A model generated the notes under the pieces. The model did not search any database. It saw only the letters and a program-made list of their open reading frames with translations, and had not been told where the DNA came from. From contig OZ296649.1 of assembly GCA_965655095.1 (NCBI GenBank), positions 23,498,001 to 23,562,000 on the forward strand: a stretch of 64,000 bases of DNA, in the 5' to 3' direction. This document shows positions 51,100-63,720 of the stretch, one piece after another (position 1 is the first letter of the stretch; each line of letters begins with the position of its first letter). The DNA comes from Haplodiscus bocki. Taxonomy: Eukaryota. The position numbers and the translations under genes were made by a program.

Positions 51100-52279
51100 T
51101 GAAACAAAATACAAAACAGAATGCTACAAAATTGAGATCTTAGCAATCACAAAAAATTGTGCAGTGAGACCTTGGAAAAGAAATCCTGTCACTAATTGCA
51201 GTGAAAGGATTGATCTAACTTCTGATAAAAACCTTCATTTGTAGCGCTTTTTAGCAGTTTTTGTCCAATCAACGTTCCAAACCACAAAACGGGGCCAGGA
51301 GCAATTTTAGACGATTATCAATTAGCTATTGGAAGTTTATCGACTAGAATCTTGATCAAAACAGTCATTAACTTTCGAATCAACTCGAATTAGTTTGGTG
51401 GGAATTTGAGTTTGATTCTGATGGAAAATCAAAAACTTCGACACAATATGGCCTTTCAGACCTTTAATGTCTCTCACAGAAGGAAGTGAATGCCACTGCA
51501 GTACCATTTTTGGCGAAAAGGAAAGAACTGGCCTCGTCGTTTATGGACCAAACCGAGCTCGACAAAAACTGGTCCATATATTGAGAAAAATCGATCCTGA
51601 CGGCCTTTTGTTGTACATTCCACATGCCAGGCTGCTAATGTAAGGTACAATAGCGAGTGTGAGTGTATAAACATCAATTGAACAACTTTTTTTAAGGAAG
51701 CTGTTCATGAAAACAACTCAGCACTTCATAGGGTAAAAAAAGTCGGAAACGGAAAGTGTTTATACTTATCAAAACGGTTTTGGCATTTCCTGCGTAGCTA
51801 GGCTCCGAAGCCAGCACAATCGCTGATAACCTGATAATTTAGTCCAATTAAGAACAACCGTCATTTTCGACTTTTAAAGAAATCTGCCATTAATGAAAAT
51901 GAAAAACGCATTTGGATTTCCAGGACACGCATGCGAGAATTTTCCGATATCTTTATGATGTTAGTAGGGAGGTGTTGAAAGACACTTCCATGCAATTGAT
52001 GGAGCTGAAACTGTAGATTTAGTTCGAAAGTGCATCGAAGAGAGGGACATCTTCTACTCATTGCACTCATTTATTTGCCACTGGAGCTTTTCAATTTTCC
52101 AAAGCAGGGAGCTAAATCGGGGAGACTAAAGTCAAGTAAAGTCTAAAGTCAAGTAAAATAAAGTAAAGGATCAATATTTAACTGAACTTGTAGAAAATGT
52201 TACTGAACTCACTGTTCTGGGAAAACGAGAATTTTTAGTTGCTGTCAAAGAATTTGATGTTGTTGGAAACCTTGTGTAC
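51100..52279 (+). pseudogene. Polinton/Maverick major capsid protein (double jelly-roll, PY) pseudogene
   Basis: Fragments resembling animal Maverick MCPs: 'NCSERIDLTSDKNLHL' (~51195), 'IDPDGLLLY' (~51590), 'NAFGFPGHACENF' (~51905) and C-terminal 'LVENVTELTVLGKREFLVAVKEFDVVG' (52187-52267), directly abutting the protease. Recognition is by recalled family consensus, not alignment. Confidence 0.55.
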
Positions 52280-52670
52280 ATCGCATAGTACTGCTCTCTA
52301 ACACATGGCCAATCGCACCTCTGTTCAAAAAATGGTGCTTTGCTTCATTATATTCACAATAAGTTCCATATCTTATCAATCGGATTTTGCCGTTATAAAA
52401 AATGCGACCCAGCACTATGCAGGTGAGCATTGAATAATGATTAAACGTTCCTGCAACAAGCTGTATTTTGCTGAATTTCTCCAACGTGAAAAGTACATTT
52501 TCCTCAAACAACAGTTCAATCAGACGATTCGAAACCGACTTCAATCTCATCCCACTGTGTTTGGTTTTTTACACGACATATACAAGTTTTCGTCTCCAAT
52601 AGTTCCGAGTAGAAGAAAACACTAGAGTTCACCATCTTCATGAACTTGCGTTTATAAGTCTATGGAAGTA
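52280..52670 (+). pseudogene. Polinton/Maverick adenain-like cysteine protease (PRO) pseudogene
   Basis: 'FAVI..GEH*IMIKRSCNKLYFAEF..KYIFLKQ..LQSHPTVFGF' matches the adenovirus-type protease pattern GxHW, FxDS, Qx5CG. His retained; Trp changed to TGA (52431), Asp to Glu, catalytic Cys to Phe. Confidence 0.75.
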
Positions 52671-52879
52671 TTACTTAAATCTACTATTGTAAATGCGTAG
52701 CAGATACAATAATGCTTTTTTCAATTGTCCTGTTCAAATGACGTTTCTAAACGTTAGTGCAATTATTATATGTTAAATTGCATGAAACTTAGAACGCTTC
52801 ACAAACCATAAAAATTCATATACTACTAACGGAATAATTATTAGAAGTGTCCGCAAGTGCATTAAGTAGCAGCAGGTTT

Positions 52880-53332
52880 AGCAAACTAACAACAGGAGTA
52901 AAAATTGGTTGGGTGGCTTAATATTTTCCGCAAGGGCCGTGGAAGAAATTTCCTGAAAATTTTTTTATAAAGTCTCACAGTACTCAAAACGAAACACTAA
53001 ACCTCGCTCCGTAAATTTTTATGACTCAAAGTCTTACAGTCAATGACTATAAAAGACCGAAAACCATTCTTTAAACTTGAAAAAATGCCGAACACACTCT
53101 CTCATTGCTCAGAACCGAAACATGTTGGTAGTCAACCAGAATGGAACACGAAAAATCCACTGGTTTCGTCAACCAATCAAAATCGAGTTTCAGGTAGCCA
53201 GAAACACCCGAGAACTCCCGGCTAGGCTTGCAGGCGCGTGCCGACTCTGGGGTCGTTTCGACTTGCTCTAGATTTTTTTGAAACACAGTTTCTTCAACCA
53301 ATCCCCTACACTTGATCGACTTCTTCTCCTAC
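52880..53332 (+). mobile_element. Diverged copy of the 1-470 HINE-like repeat family
   Basis: Shared blocks in the same order: TCTCACAGT, TGCCGAACACACTC, TCGTCAACCAATCAAAATCGAG, CACCCGAGAACTCCCGGCTAGGC and a pyrimidine-rich end ..CTCCTACT. Confidence 0.65.
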
Positions 53333-53559
53333 TGATCTCTCTGAATTGCTCGTTTTCGGATTTTTTGACAAGACTACGAAAAAAATTGATTTTGCCATTT
53401 TTGCTTCTTTTAAGTAACACCGCCCTTTTCTTCAGTTAAACCGAAGCAAGCAATGAACAGATTTCCTCCACTCGAATGAAACGATACAAGTTTCATGAGA
53501 TTTTCTTTTTGATTTTCAAAATCCCTGGAAATGTTTTTGAATTAGGTCAATGAATATAC

Positions 53560-54390
53560 GACACTTAAATGAAGAGTTTAACGTTTGTAGCGAGACAATC
53601 TCGTTACAGCATAACTATCTAAAATTGTTGCATCGGCATTCGTTGTGGACTCTACTGAACGCACGCTGATAGAAGTTTTCCCGCCCTAGAATTGCTTCTG
53701 AACCTGAACAACGGCAACTACTGGCAAAAGTACACCAAGAAGATTGAGATGATCAAACTTGCAGCCATCTGTGCTTGCTGTATCCGAATTGATGAAAAAC
53801 GCTTGTCTTAGGGAGGAGGAGGAAAACCTGAAAGGACATAGTAACGAGTGACTCTCCTTTTTCCCAAAAAACCCAAGCTTTTGTGGACTTTCCTCTGTAA
53901 ATCTCTATACGGCCAAAAGACCCCCTCCAAAAGCGATCCAGCAGGCGTAATCCCCTTCTACCTGACAAGCTACATTTTTAATTGATTACTTGGATTTATT
54001 TGCTCAACTGCTTCTTGAACAAAGAAAACAAGGAAGAAAATTTTCCATTGACTAGAATCCTTTCACGCTCAAAAATGAATTTTAATTAGACTTACTTGGA
54101 AAAAAATGTGATTTTGAACAACTTTCAAGGGTGAATTAGGCTTCGAAAAGAATTTGATTACTTTGATCTTTGAGAAAGTCTGAATTTTTTGGCGTTGCAA
54201 GTTCGTCATGCTTCAAGTTTTTATGCTACTATTTTTTGGTGCCGATTAAAGTTACCTCTTCCAAATTTTCAGATGCTTTTTCGAAAAACCACTGACTATT
54301 CTTGAAATGATCCAGTTCACACGTGTATTTATTTGTGAAACACTCAATGAAAATGAGCGCCGATCATGAGATTGACGTTTTCGAAGTGAG
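53560..54390 (-). pseudogene. Possible Polinton minor capsid (penton, PX) remnant
   Basis: N-term-like 'FENVNLMIGA..F.N..FKN' (~54290-54385), 'FTEESPQKLGF' (~53870-53900) and C-terminal 'TLHL' (~53565-53580). Lies immediately downstream of the integrase-like remnant. Confidence 0.35.
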
Positions 54391-54449
54391 GCAATACGAT
54401 GATCAACAGTCTATTAGCCTTTTTCTCGGTTTAATGAATTATAGTTTTA

Positions 54450-54900
54450 GTGACAACTGTTTGTCAGTCCCCAAAAGATGTAGTGAAGGTGAACGTTAAG
54501 CACCCGATCTCTCAAAACTACGAATCAGCGGAGTGTACTCTCTGAAGCGCTCGGAAAGAAGTAGCGCTTGGTCCTTTTATCACGTGTAGGTTCTTAGTTA
54601 GGCTGTAAATTTCTTATTTCCCGCCACAGCTTTTTAGTAAGGAAGAAAACTTGTTCTGATTACCAGCGTGTTTTGCGTTCAGCGTTACCCCAGATTGCTA
54701 ATTCACAATTTGAGTTTTCAGGAAATTTTCTTGAGAGTGTGTTTGAGTGCTAAGATTTCATTGAAGCGCTTCTTTTTTGACAAAATTATAGATTTACATC
54801 AACTAAATGTTTTTTTCAAATCAAGGAAGAATTCATTTTTGCTGCAGAATTCCTGAAAAAAGGGTAACATTTCTGGATAATCCTTTTTCTTCGGATGAAC
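54450..54900 (-). pseudogene. Possible Polinton retroviral-like integrase remnant
   Basis: 'KKKRFNEILALKHTLKKIS' for RRKFxRLK..INEIW, 'KKLW..GNKKF' for KxWVDxGxEF, and 'QALLLSERFRE' for KAAFAERxIR. Internally deleted. Confidence 0.35.
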
Positions 54901-55209
54901 TTGATGGTAATTTTTAGGGAAAAAACAAACGATATTCAACTTGCAGGGAGAAACTTTGCTGTAGAGTGCTTTTTTTCATCCAAAACAGCTTTTAAGCAAA
55001 ACTAGCTGTCGGAAAAAATGAGACGCAGTACTGGTTTTACTCAATTCATCAGAGTTCTGCTTATACCTGTATTCGCTGTCAGTAAACTTTTCCCTTCTTC
55101 AAGCTTTTTTAGTCGACCCGTTTTGAGTTATTTACTTCTTCTAGTTTAAGTATAAACCTAAATGTTGTGATAAAATTTATGAATAGTTTTAGAAAAGCTT
55201 ATGATCAAG

Positions 55210-56630
55210 GCCCCGTACCAGATGCGGACGAACCTCTGTTGAGGTGCACGTTTTAATTACAGTGAGGGAGCCATACCGAAAAAATGGATTTCTTGTGATG
55301 TCTGTGATATGTGGTATCATTCTGTACAACCTAGGCTCACAACGGATCAGCTATCTGAAGTTCATAACACTTACGCTATGTCTGCACTGTTTCGCTGTGA
55401 TTCGTTTTGTTCCAATAGAGCTATGAAAAATTTCGTTCAGAGTTCTCAAGTACATTATGTAGGGTTTACTTCCAGACGTGTTTCAAAGTGTAATGGCCAA
55501 TATAGAACCTGAAAATATATTAAACTTAGCCTAACAATTACAAATTGAAGTACAATTTTTGAAGCCAAAGTCTTTTGTATTAATTAAGAAAAAACCTGGA
55601 AAACTTCCAAAAAGTAAGGATAGCAATTGAACGTATTCGGAAAAGTTAGCTGTTTCACAGTCCAATGGGCAACCTTCTCGTGCACTTAAACAGCCTCGAC
55701 AGACAGTTAACTCAGATAGACGCAAAACCATTTACTTGGATCTGCCAAAACCGAGCGACGCTCCAACAATGAAGAACTGTCCTTGAAAGAAACCTTTCAA
55801 ACATGGTACTTCTAATGAGTTGTCGTCCTTAAAAAGTATCTCTTTTGCAACTCGTAAACATATCTACCTTAGTGGAAAATCAAAAAATGTTGGTGTTGCT
55901 GAATTGAAGGCATATTGGAATAAAAAAAACTAGGATCACTGCAAAATTGGAGAAAACATACCGTCAGAATGCTCTGTTGAAATCCTTCCACGCTGTCTTA
56001 GCTGGAGTCAGTGCATATTTGACTATCTGAAGCTTCACTATCTTAGTAGACTCTGTTCGAGCGTAGGTCTAATGAAAGTATTGTTTTGACATCTGCTTCG
56101 CCATAACTTCTTTCAATTCTGATTTTGTAGCAATAACAAAATAGTCTGACTACGGTCTCGGGTGAGTTTTTCAATAACCAAGGCTTTTCGATGGTTATAG
56201 TTTCTCCAAAGCCCCTCGAACTTACTCTTTAAGTTGAAGCATCACCGTTGTTCTAAACTTGTTGTATCATAACAAAACAGTCGATCCATTCTGTGGAAAT
56301 GATTGGGATTACCTTCTCATAAAATTGGGCAATAAGCGTTTAGTGCGTATAATTATTTTATTGGCTATTTGATGGCAATGTTGAGTTTTATCTGAATGAC
56401 TTCTAAATTATCTGTAAAGATTAGTATCTCGTGAAAGATAAAATTCTTAGAAATTTCGATTTACGCTCCAGGAATCATCTGAATCAGTTTGACTTCGGTG
56501 ATATAACTCATGAATATGGACTAACTCAGTGTGTATCCTTTCCTACCAACTGAGGTGGCATTACGCTTGACCTTGTATCGAATTAAAACGTTAGACTGAA
56601 AGATTGTTAGAATTCGATTTTCAAGCTCTA
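55210..56630 (+). mobile_element. CR1/L2-like non-LTR retrotransposon 5' remnant: ORF1 PHD finger plus APE endonuclease
   Basis: 'KWISCDVCDMWYHSV..L....FRCDSFC' PHD-finger core (55283-55412) and APE motif 'GLTQCVSFPTN*GGITLDLV' for LxQxVxxPT..GxxLDLV (56518-56580). No RT domain follows. Confidence 0.6.
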
Positions 56631-58849
56631 ATGATTTATGGGTTATATTGCCGTATAAATTTCTGTCAAACTCGTGACAACCCCAAAACAAACTTTGTGG
56701 ACGAAAATATGGAAAGAAGTCCAGTTAGAAAATTACACTTATGCCCAGGCCTGTGTTATTTTGGGCTACTAAATGTATCTCACACAAACAAAGTAGTGTT
56801 TATTTGTCCTCTATTTCAGATTTTTGACGTTTATTGATGTGAGAAGACTATTTTTGGCGGAGCGGACAGCACAAAGCTGGGTCTTATTCTTTTCAATTAG
56901 TTGAAACCAAACATTTCAATTAATAAATTACTAGTCTTCTGAGTTCTTTATGTTACGCCCAGTAATATTTTCATCACAATACTTTGATGAAAAATTTACT
57001 CAGTTTGTTTGAAGTTCATTGTTGAATATTTTAAATATCAAGAGTTTCCGGGTTATAAATTCAAGTTCAACTGTCCTCGAGTCAGACCTTCTCCATTTAA
57101 ACACTTCCAATCCGTTGAAAAAGACCATCACACGGTTGGAGGAATCCAAAATATCTGTTGAATTGGAAGACTGAAAAGCCCAAGTTGCGTTCATTGGAAG
57201 AAACAAGTTGAGGTCTAAAAATCTCATAAGTGGGAGGAAATTCCAGAGAAAGATATGTCGAACATATTAGAGATGCACCAACAAACATCTCATTGCCCAT
57301 GTTTGTCACATCATCGTGTGTTGACGATGTTGTTTGTGCTAGTCCAACGTTGTTGCCTTCGTCTTGTGTTGTATTGTTTCCAGATAGTAACCACATTTGT
57401 AACTTACATTTAATTTACAAAAAAAGATCATTTTGAAATCAGTTATAGTAATATGTGATGTAACATAGGAAACGTGCAGTCAATCAAGTGTTTGTATATG
57501 CATATTTTTTCCCATGAATGATTTGAAATGAGTTGACTAATTGGTGCTCGGGAATTTTGACGTTTGACATTTGTGATTGTGTCAGCAGCTGCTGGAGAAT
57601 CTCCGGCAGGACAGTTTGCTATGACTGATTGAGCCATAGAGGTGAAAAATTTCCTTGGGACAGGAGAGGCAACACGTTGAAGGAAGCAAAAGCGATGTCC
57701 TAATTTTTCAAGAGCTGGTAAGGCTGCGAGGTATTCGTCGGGAACATGAACTTTTGGTTTTAAGAATTTTTATCGATTTTCACTTCAAATTACAGTTGCA
57801 AACAGTCGTTCTGCAAGATGGTAGTTCGAAGAAAGAAACACAAAAACCAGTTATACTACTGTAGGAACCACAAAAACAATAACAGCGAAAGTTGATGAAG
57901 TTTTCAAGGGGTTATAACGGATGAATTCGCGAGTCAGCGAGGATTTCGAAAGTTTCATATCACTCGCAACTGGACATGTTACACCTACAAATTAGTTGAC
58001 TTCACGACTTAACGGACACTTGGACTACGTAACAGCTCATCTCGTACTTCTTTCAAAAGCTTCACTCCTGCTTCCTGCTTTCGGGTCATCAAAAGTTAAC
58101 TCATCTAGAAGAAGGACTTGAAATATAAGCGATGCCAAGGGATGAGACAATGAATGCGCCATTTGAGGGTAGAATATTGAGAGCAACTTGCCACGTCAAA
58201 GTTTTTTTTTGATTTTTGCATACCACATTCAAGAGTGATGATGCAGATGCGACAACCAGCAAAAAATTCGTTTTTGATAATGATGATGTGGCATTAGATT
58301 AACGGAAAATGAAACCATCAGTTGCAGATATTGTAAAACAAATGTCAAAACCTAAGTTTGCTGCTTGTTCAGTAGTTAGTGGAAAAAAGAGATGTGTCAC
58401 AAACTGAAAAAGTTTCGAGGAGAAAAACACAGTACCAATACATGAAGAGTGTCCCATTTCGGTCGGAAGAATTTCAGAACAAATGCGTTACTTGGACAAA
58501 CCGAGAAAGTGTTCAAACTAATCAGAAGATCAACCAGAAGAGTCGATTTGGCCTTCAGAAATAGCTAGAGACTCAGGATTAACAATTTCAGGCCTTGTAT
58601 GTATTGTTGCCTCAAAGGGTGTCAAATTTGTTTGTGAAGAAGCCAATGGTGTTTTAGGGGTCAATTAGATTCCTTCTAGTTCTCTTGTGGCGTCATCAAT
58701 CAAACACCAGTCTTAGTGTGAGAAAAAAACCTGCTATTGGAAAAAGTAAAAAGCGGCAATCGACGACCTTACTCTTTTGAATGGCCACATTTCCCATGAA
58801 TACAATGAGTGAGTCCTTGAAATTGAGCGACATTGATCAATAATTTAGC

Positions 58850-59200
58850 AGAGGAACACGACTGGTATTCAAAAATTATTGCGTTAAGCAAAGAAAACTG
58901 AAAATTAGCTTCTTATACTTGCTTGCATCAAATCCAGAACAGAAAACATGGTATCAAAAAAATAATCAAGTTGCTGACGCGAGCAAAAATATTAGATTGC
59001 AATCAGGGAGAATATGACAATTGTGTTCGAACCTATCTGTTTCTTGTTGAACAATTGCCCAATTTCGAATTTGGGTCGATGTCATCTGAGTATGGATTAC
59101 ATTCACGAAGCCCAGACGTATGGTAAGAGAAAAAATTTTTCATCGGTTCATGTCAAAACTTCGGTAACAAAGAATGTCATGATGTTCTAGAAAAATGAAA
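58850..59200 (+). mobile_element. Bel/Pao RT N-terminal fragment
   Basis: 'YLL..H...VADAS' for YLPHH..RxVxDAS, 'IAQFR' and 'NFGNKEC' for FGxxxSP. Confidence 0.3.
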
Positions 59201-59499
59201 GACTGCAAAATTTGGCGGCATTTGTTTTTTTTTGCGTACTTAAAACCTCCAAATGTTCCAAGAAGGCCACGGGAATCAGAACCACCCTTGGCAAAACCTT
59301 CACCGAAGAGACCTATGGCGGTAAGATGAGCCAAGCCAACACCAGCACTGCGGCGCTGATTAGTTGGTTGCGGATCAAAAAGGAGACGCAAAAACTTTGA
59401 TGTTCCATTGCGGACTATCAATTTGTCGTTTCAGGATTGTTTAAGTTCCTGAACAATCTGCAGAAGCATCTATTTTACCTTGAGCGGGAAGATTTAGAA

Positions 59500-60450
59500 G
59501 CCAAATGAGTGGAAAAATTAAGTGGACAAAACCGCGAGGGTAGTTCCTACCTTAATTAAAAACTTTGAAAGACCTGTTCATTGTTTGGTTTCATAGAAAA
59601 GTCATAAAATGCAAAAAGAGCCAAAATTTCAACGGGAGAGAACTTCTGCGTCAGCGAAATCTTACTTTATTAGTTGACAAAAATCCCCCTCGCTACTTAC
59701 TTATAAGGATAATTCGAGAGTGGGATATTTATTGGCCATTGACTTTGATTGGAAGCGGGGGCGAAAAACAAAACGGAAAGTGAGAAGCATACTATTAGGT
59801 GTCTTTTGTTTTTGCAACTGAATTTTGAAGGCCGATTTGGAATGCTTAACTGAACTGTAATATTAACCGCCTTGTACTGGTAAAATGTCAAACTTTCGGT
59901 TCAGCTGCCAAGCGATGCGGAAATTTTTTTTTGTTTTAATTGACATTCAGGGGTCAAATGTTATGGGGACCTAAATAAACATTATGTAGGAGTAAAAGTT
60001 CGCAGATGTCAGTTTCAGAGACCATTAAATGTTCGTGGGAAAAAACGGATCGTTTGGAATAGTCCAAAATCCACAGCCGAGCAATCAATGGGAAATGGTC
60101 AGAAGCTGTCATTGAGAGGATCAGCGGAGTTTGGTAACTCTCACTTTTTTCGAGACTGTCGAAGTTTTTACAAGTCTAAAAAATACTTAGGTTTTTCGTG
60201 TGAAAATTGAAAAGCCACGTGATTGTTGTAGTGATTTTGGTCTGTATCATGGTCATGCAAACCTGTCAAGAAAAAGAATCGCGTGGTCACCAAATGCGTT
60301 GTGGTTATAGTGGATTAGCCATAAAAAGCAGAATTGGGGACTGTATTTGGACGAAACCGCGCTCTTCCATCTATGGTTCCCTAGACCCTAAAGTTACGAC
60401 AAAAGTGTCGACGATGAAACTGAATGTTGTCAAAATCGGCACAGTTACGT
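59500..60450 (+). mobile_element. Gypsy integrase remnant
   Basis: 'KVIKCKKSQ..WDIYWPLT' for CxxCQ..DxxGPL (59565-59783), 'DIQGSN', 'GVKVRR..RPLN' and 'IGDCIWTKP' (60333). Confidence 0.45.
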
Positions 60451-60799
60451 AAGTTCTAAGTCATGCATACTATGCAACGAGCTACAACTTTTAACGATTT
60501 GTCCGACAGTTGTGGTGAAAAAAAACAAGATTTAGAAGTGGTTGAGCAAGTAACAGTCACAGAAAAGTACAGGTGAACTGAAAAATGTTTCTTTTGAGTT
60601 GTAACTTGTCCGAGTTTTTTTCAAAGTAAAATTTGTCGTGTTTTTGGGTTTTTCATATTCCGATTGGATTGTGTTATTGGTCATATTAAATTTGAATAAA
60701 AGTGTTCTTTTAGTAGCCACTACGTTGAAAGAAGGAAAGACAAGTTTGCGAAAGGACACTTTAAGATCGAGGCGACAAAATGTATGCCGCTTAAAGATT

Positions 60800-61650
60800 G
60801 ATAACACAGCCAAATAGAGCCACAGTTAGTAAAAATCAACCAACTACAGGAATTCAATATAGTTCGGAAGGTCTTAAGCAGTAAAAGCGCAAGCCAGTGT
60901 TGGAGCAGAGCCACTTTCAGTTTCTTCATTTGAAAAAATGTCCGGAGCCTTGCATTTTTCGACCAACGGAAATGGGCTGAGTGCAACAGAAGTGTACGGT
61001 ATGTCAGAAGAAATGGAGCAGTTTTGTATTCTGCGATCCTGAAATTGATTACCTCAGAAGACTTTGGAGAAACCGGTCCCAATTAGATTCATAGAACAAA
61101 GGGGCAACCTGTTTACTGTTGCCTACAAGACTGTAAGAACGTGGCAGAGTATGAGAGTGTCGACTGTGATGCAGGTGAAAAAAGCATTTTTACTTGTGCA
61201 TTACCCGGACCGAAATAAACACTGCCGAGATAAGCAGTTGTTGAGAGAAACAAACTTTAGAAGATAACTTTGCGTTACTTCCGTTCTAAGGAGGGCTTGA
61301 ACGAGCTTGTTTCTTTGCTGCTGGGGAAAAACAGAATTTAGGCAGAAATCTAAAGATGTTCCTGCACTTATTCACGTTCCGACGCAAGTTTGATACATCA
61401 TAGTGAAAGTTCTTTAACAGAAAGTGTCTGTTTTAATAATAACTACAAACACGATTGTGTGAAGTGCTTTTGGTTGTTTTCTGAAGGATTTCATTGGGAT
61501 CAAGCAACAGCTATATCGCAGACAGAGCATACAGAGTTGTGCACACACTTCCAACTCTAAGATTGTGGGAAGACAAAAAACTACAAATCTAGGTGTATCG
61601 TCAAGTTAGGGCAGCCCGCCTCAATGACATGTCAAAGTGAGATAGCCGAA
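60800..61650 (+). mobile_element. Bel/Pao integrase remnant
   Basis: 'FGETG' for FxxTGxD (~61063), 'IFTCA-TR' (~61186-61210) and 'LRYFRSKEG..LVS' for LRRFxARRG..IxSD (~61270-61315). Confidence 0.5.
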
Positions 61651-61699
61651 GGGAGGAACTGCCTGTTTTCTAGCTTGCCTTATTTGCTGACAGGATGAA

Positions 61700-62400
61700 A
61701 AAGCGGTAAGAAACAAAAATGTGAAAAAATTCTTCCTTCGATGAATACAAACTCCTGCAGAGGCTTGTGGCCATTTAGACAACAGGACGCACAAAACATG
61801 AGAAATATGTGTGAATCCATCGATAAAAAGATGAAAGAACCTGACTGCGGGAGTTTTTGTCTGGAAGTCCTATAGTATACAACCAATCCATGGGAAATTT
61901 AGAACGTCAAGCTCTCGAAGCAATCAGTTACCGAGCCATCAGTTAAAGTTAGATCTGTGGGAGTATCAACCATCATTGCTTTTTTCCTTTTTAAATAAGG
62001 AAGTAGAATTAAAAATCTTGTTTAGATGTTGGGGACTGCAACATTGTTGGCCTTTGACTTTCTCGTTTTTTGGCATTAAGGTGATTCACAGTGGTGGAAA
62101 CGGTATCCAAGTGCTATTCAAGTGCCAGCGACTCAAGATGTCTCATGAATTCAGTCTGCACTCTTCAAATTGTTCCACTTCAAGTCAATCGTTGAATGGC
62201 GAAGTGACAAATTGGTCAAGAATTTATCGATTAGCGAAACTAAATATTGTTTTATACTTTTGTTGCATGATGGACCATCCTGACAGTACTCGGAGAAACA
62301 TCTTTTCCCTCTTTTTCTTCTCCTTCTTCTTCTTCTGGCAGTCTTTGTTAAATATCTTGGATCTGGATGTAGGCAACCCAAAATATGAAAGAGAACTTTG
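61700..62400 (-). mobile_element. Possible hAT transposase C-terminal remnant
   Basis: 'CLHPDPRYL' for LDPRY (62381-62355) and downstream 'VLLSKWPQASA..GRIFS' for LPxSSA..ERxFS (~61720-61790). Confidence 0.25.
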
Positions 62401-63099
62401 ACGCTGAAAGTAGAATGTCAGGTAATGCGCGCCAGAGATGTTTAAAAGCAGTTGACTTTAAATTTATTAAATTTATTGATCACGAAACATCTTCACAATT
62501 TTGACAAAAGTGAAAATGTGTATCAAAATCAGTGACTTTAAAAAGTGCTGATTTTCACAAAGAAGCGCCATAAGGTTGCTTGTACGCAGAGAAAGCTAGA
62601 AGGTTGCATTGACAGTGAACTTTGAACTGAATTGTCAACAATATTTACAAAGTTTAGTTAGTTAATGAGACCGCCATAAGCCACAGATAAATTGTTTCCC
62701 ATTGACAATTGAGGCATACCATTCACCAAGGAAAGAAATTCTAAGGGTCGACAGTATTAGTTTCATGTCTGTTTTACCTCGTGACCTTTAAAATTAGTGG
62801 TCAGTTATTGTGTCAGTTGACACTACGAAAGGGTCAGTTTTGGGGATGCCTCATTATTTCAATGATTATGGAGTTATTTTCCCAGAAAAGGTGTGTAGCA
62901 GCTGTTAATAGTTGAGACCGAGAAAAACGAAACCTCGGATGAACACTTAATTCATTGACTGCGTTTACCACAAATTGCTTCCATAATCTTTTCTGTAGTT
63001 TTTTCAAAGATTGGCTGTTTTAACATCCTTTTTTGGTTTAAAAACCAGGTGGCGTTTTTTTTTCAATGAGGGAGTAAGTTTTTTGGTCTTAAACTTGTG

Positions 63100-63720
63100 A
63101 AAAAAGGGTTTGAAGTTACGGCTGCAGTGTTTCGAAGTTGTATACAAATGCGCTCCATAGACTCAAAAATTGCTGTGTGTTTGTCAACCTGAGAGGTGGT
63201 GAAACCATTATTATCACTCCTTGATGGTTGAAAACATGAGGCTTGCGGGAGAATGACCTCTCGCATGATGTGCGTTTCACAATATTTTTTGAATGTAAGA
63301 TTGTTCGCAAAGGGCAGCGTGGAGGTTGACAGTTAGGAATTAGTGCATCTGCTGGTAGTTTTTGTGCCGCTTGACCAATTCTGCCAGGAGCTTGTGTTAG
63401 CGTTCCAGTTTTTTGTAAAGTGTCACTAGGCAACGAAATATCAGAACTTTCAGAAAAGCGAGCATATTGTATCAGAGGAAAAGGTCACTCTGGCCACGGT
63501 GGCTCTGCCACTTCGTTCTCGAATGTTTCAGGCAACATCACTGGAGCTGGGGCTGCTTTCAAAGCAAGTGGGGTACAGGAGCCGGACCAGCTGGCTGTCC
63601 GAATGGAACGGGTGCTTGAGCAACTGGTAACAGAAAACTAACAGTTACAGGTGGCAAAACTTCTGTCACATCTTGTGTTCTAACCACTTGGAAGGTAGCA
63701 AAAAGGAAGGTGTGCTTTCA
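63100..63720 (-). mobile_element. Gypsy gag N-terminal remnant
   Basis: Pro/Ala-rich leader followed by 'VMLPETFE...WPE*..QYARFS', resembling gag 'PExFxG..WxE..F..A'. Confidence 0.35.

Noticed and set aside
58141-58175. piggyBac catalytic motif (DETMNAPFEGR versus DExMxxFxGR)
   Set aside because: Spacing is off by one residue and no other piggyBac motifs or TTAA-bounded ends are seen.
62151-62381. Protamine-like Arg-rich ORF
   Set aside because: The Arg run comes from a short (TTC)n/pyrimidine tract on the plus strand; non-ATG start and no supporting gene structure.
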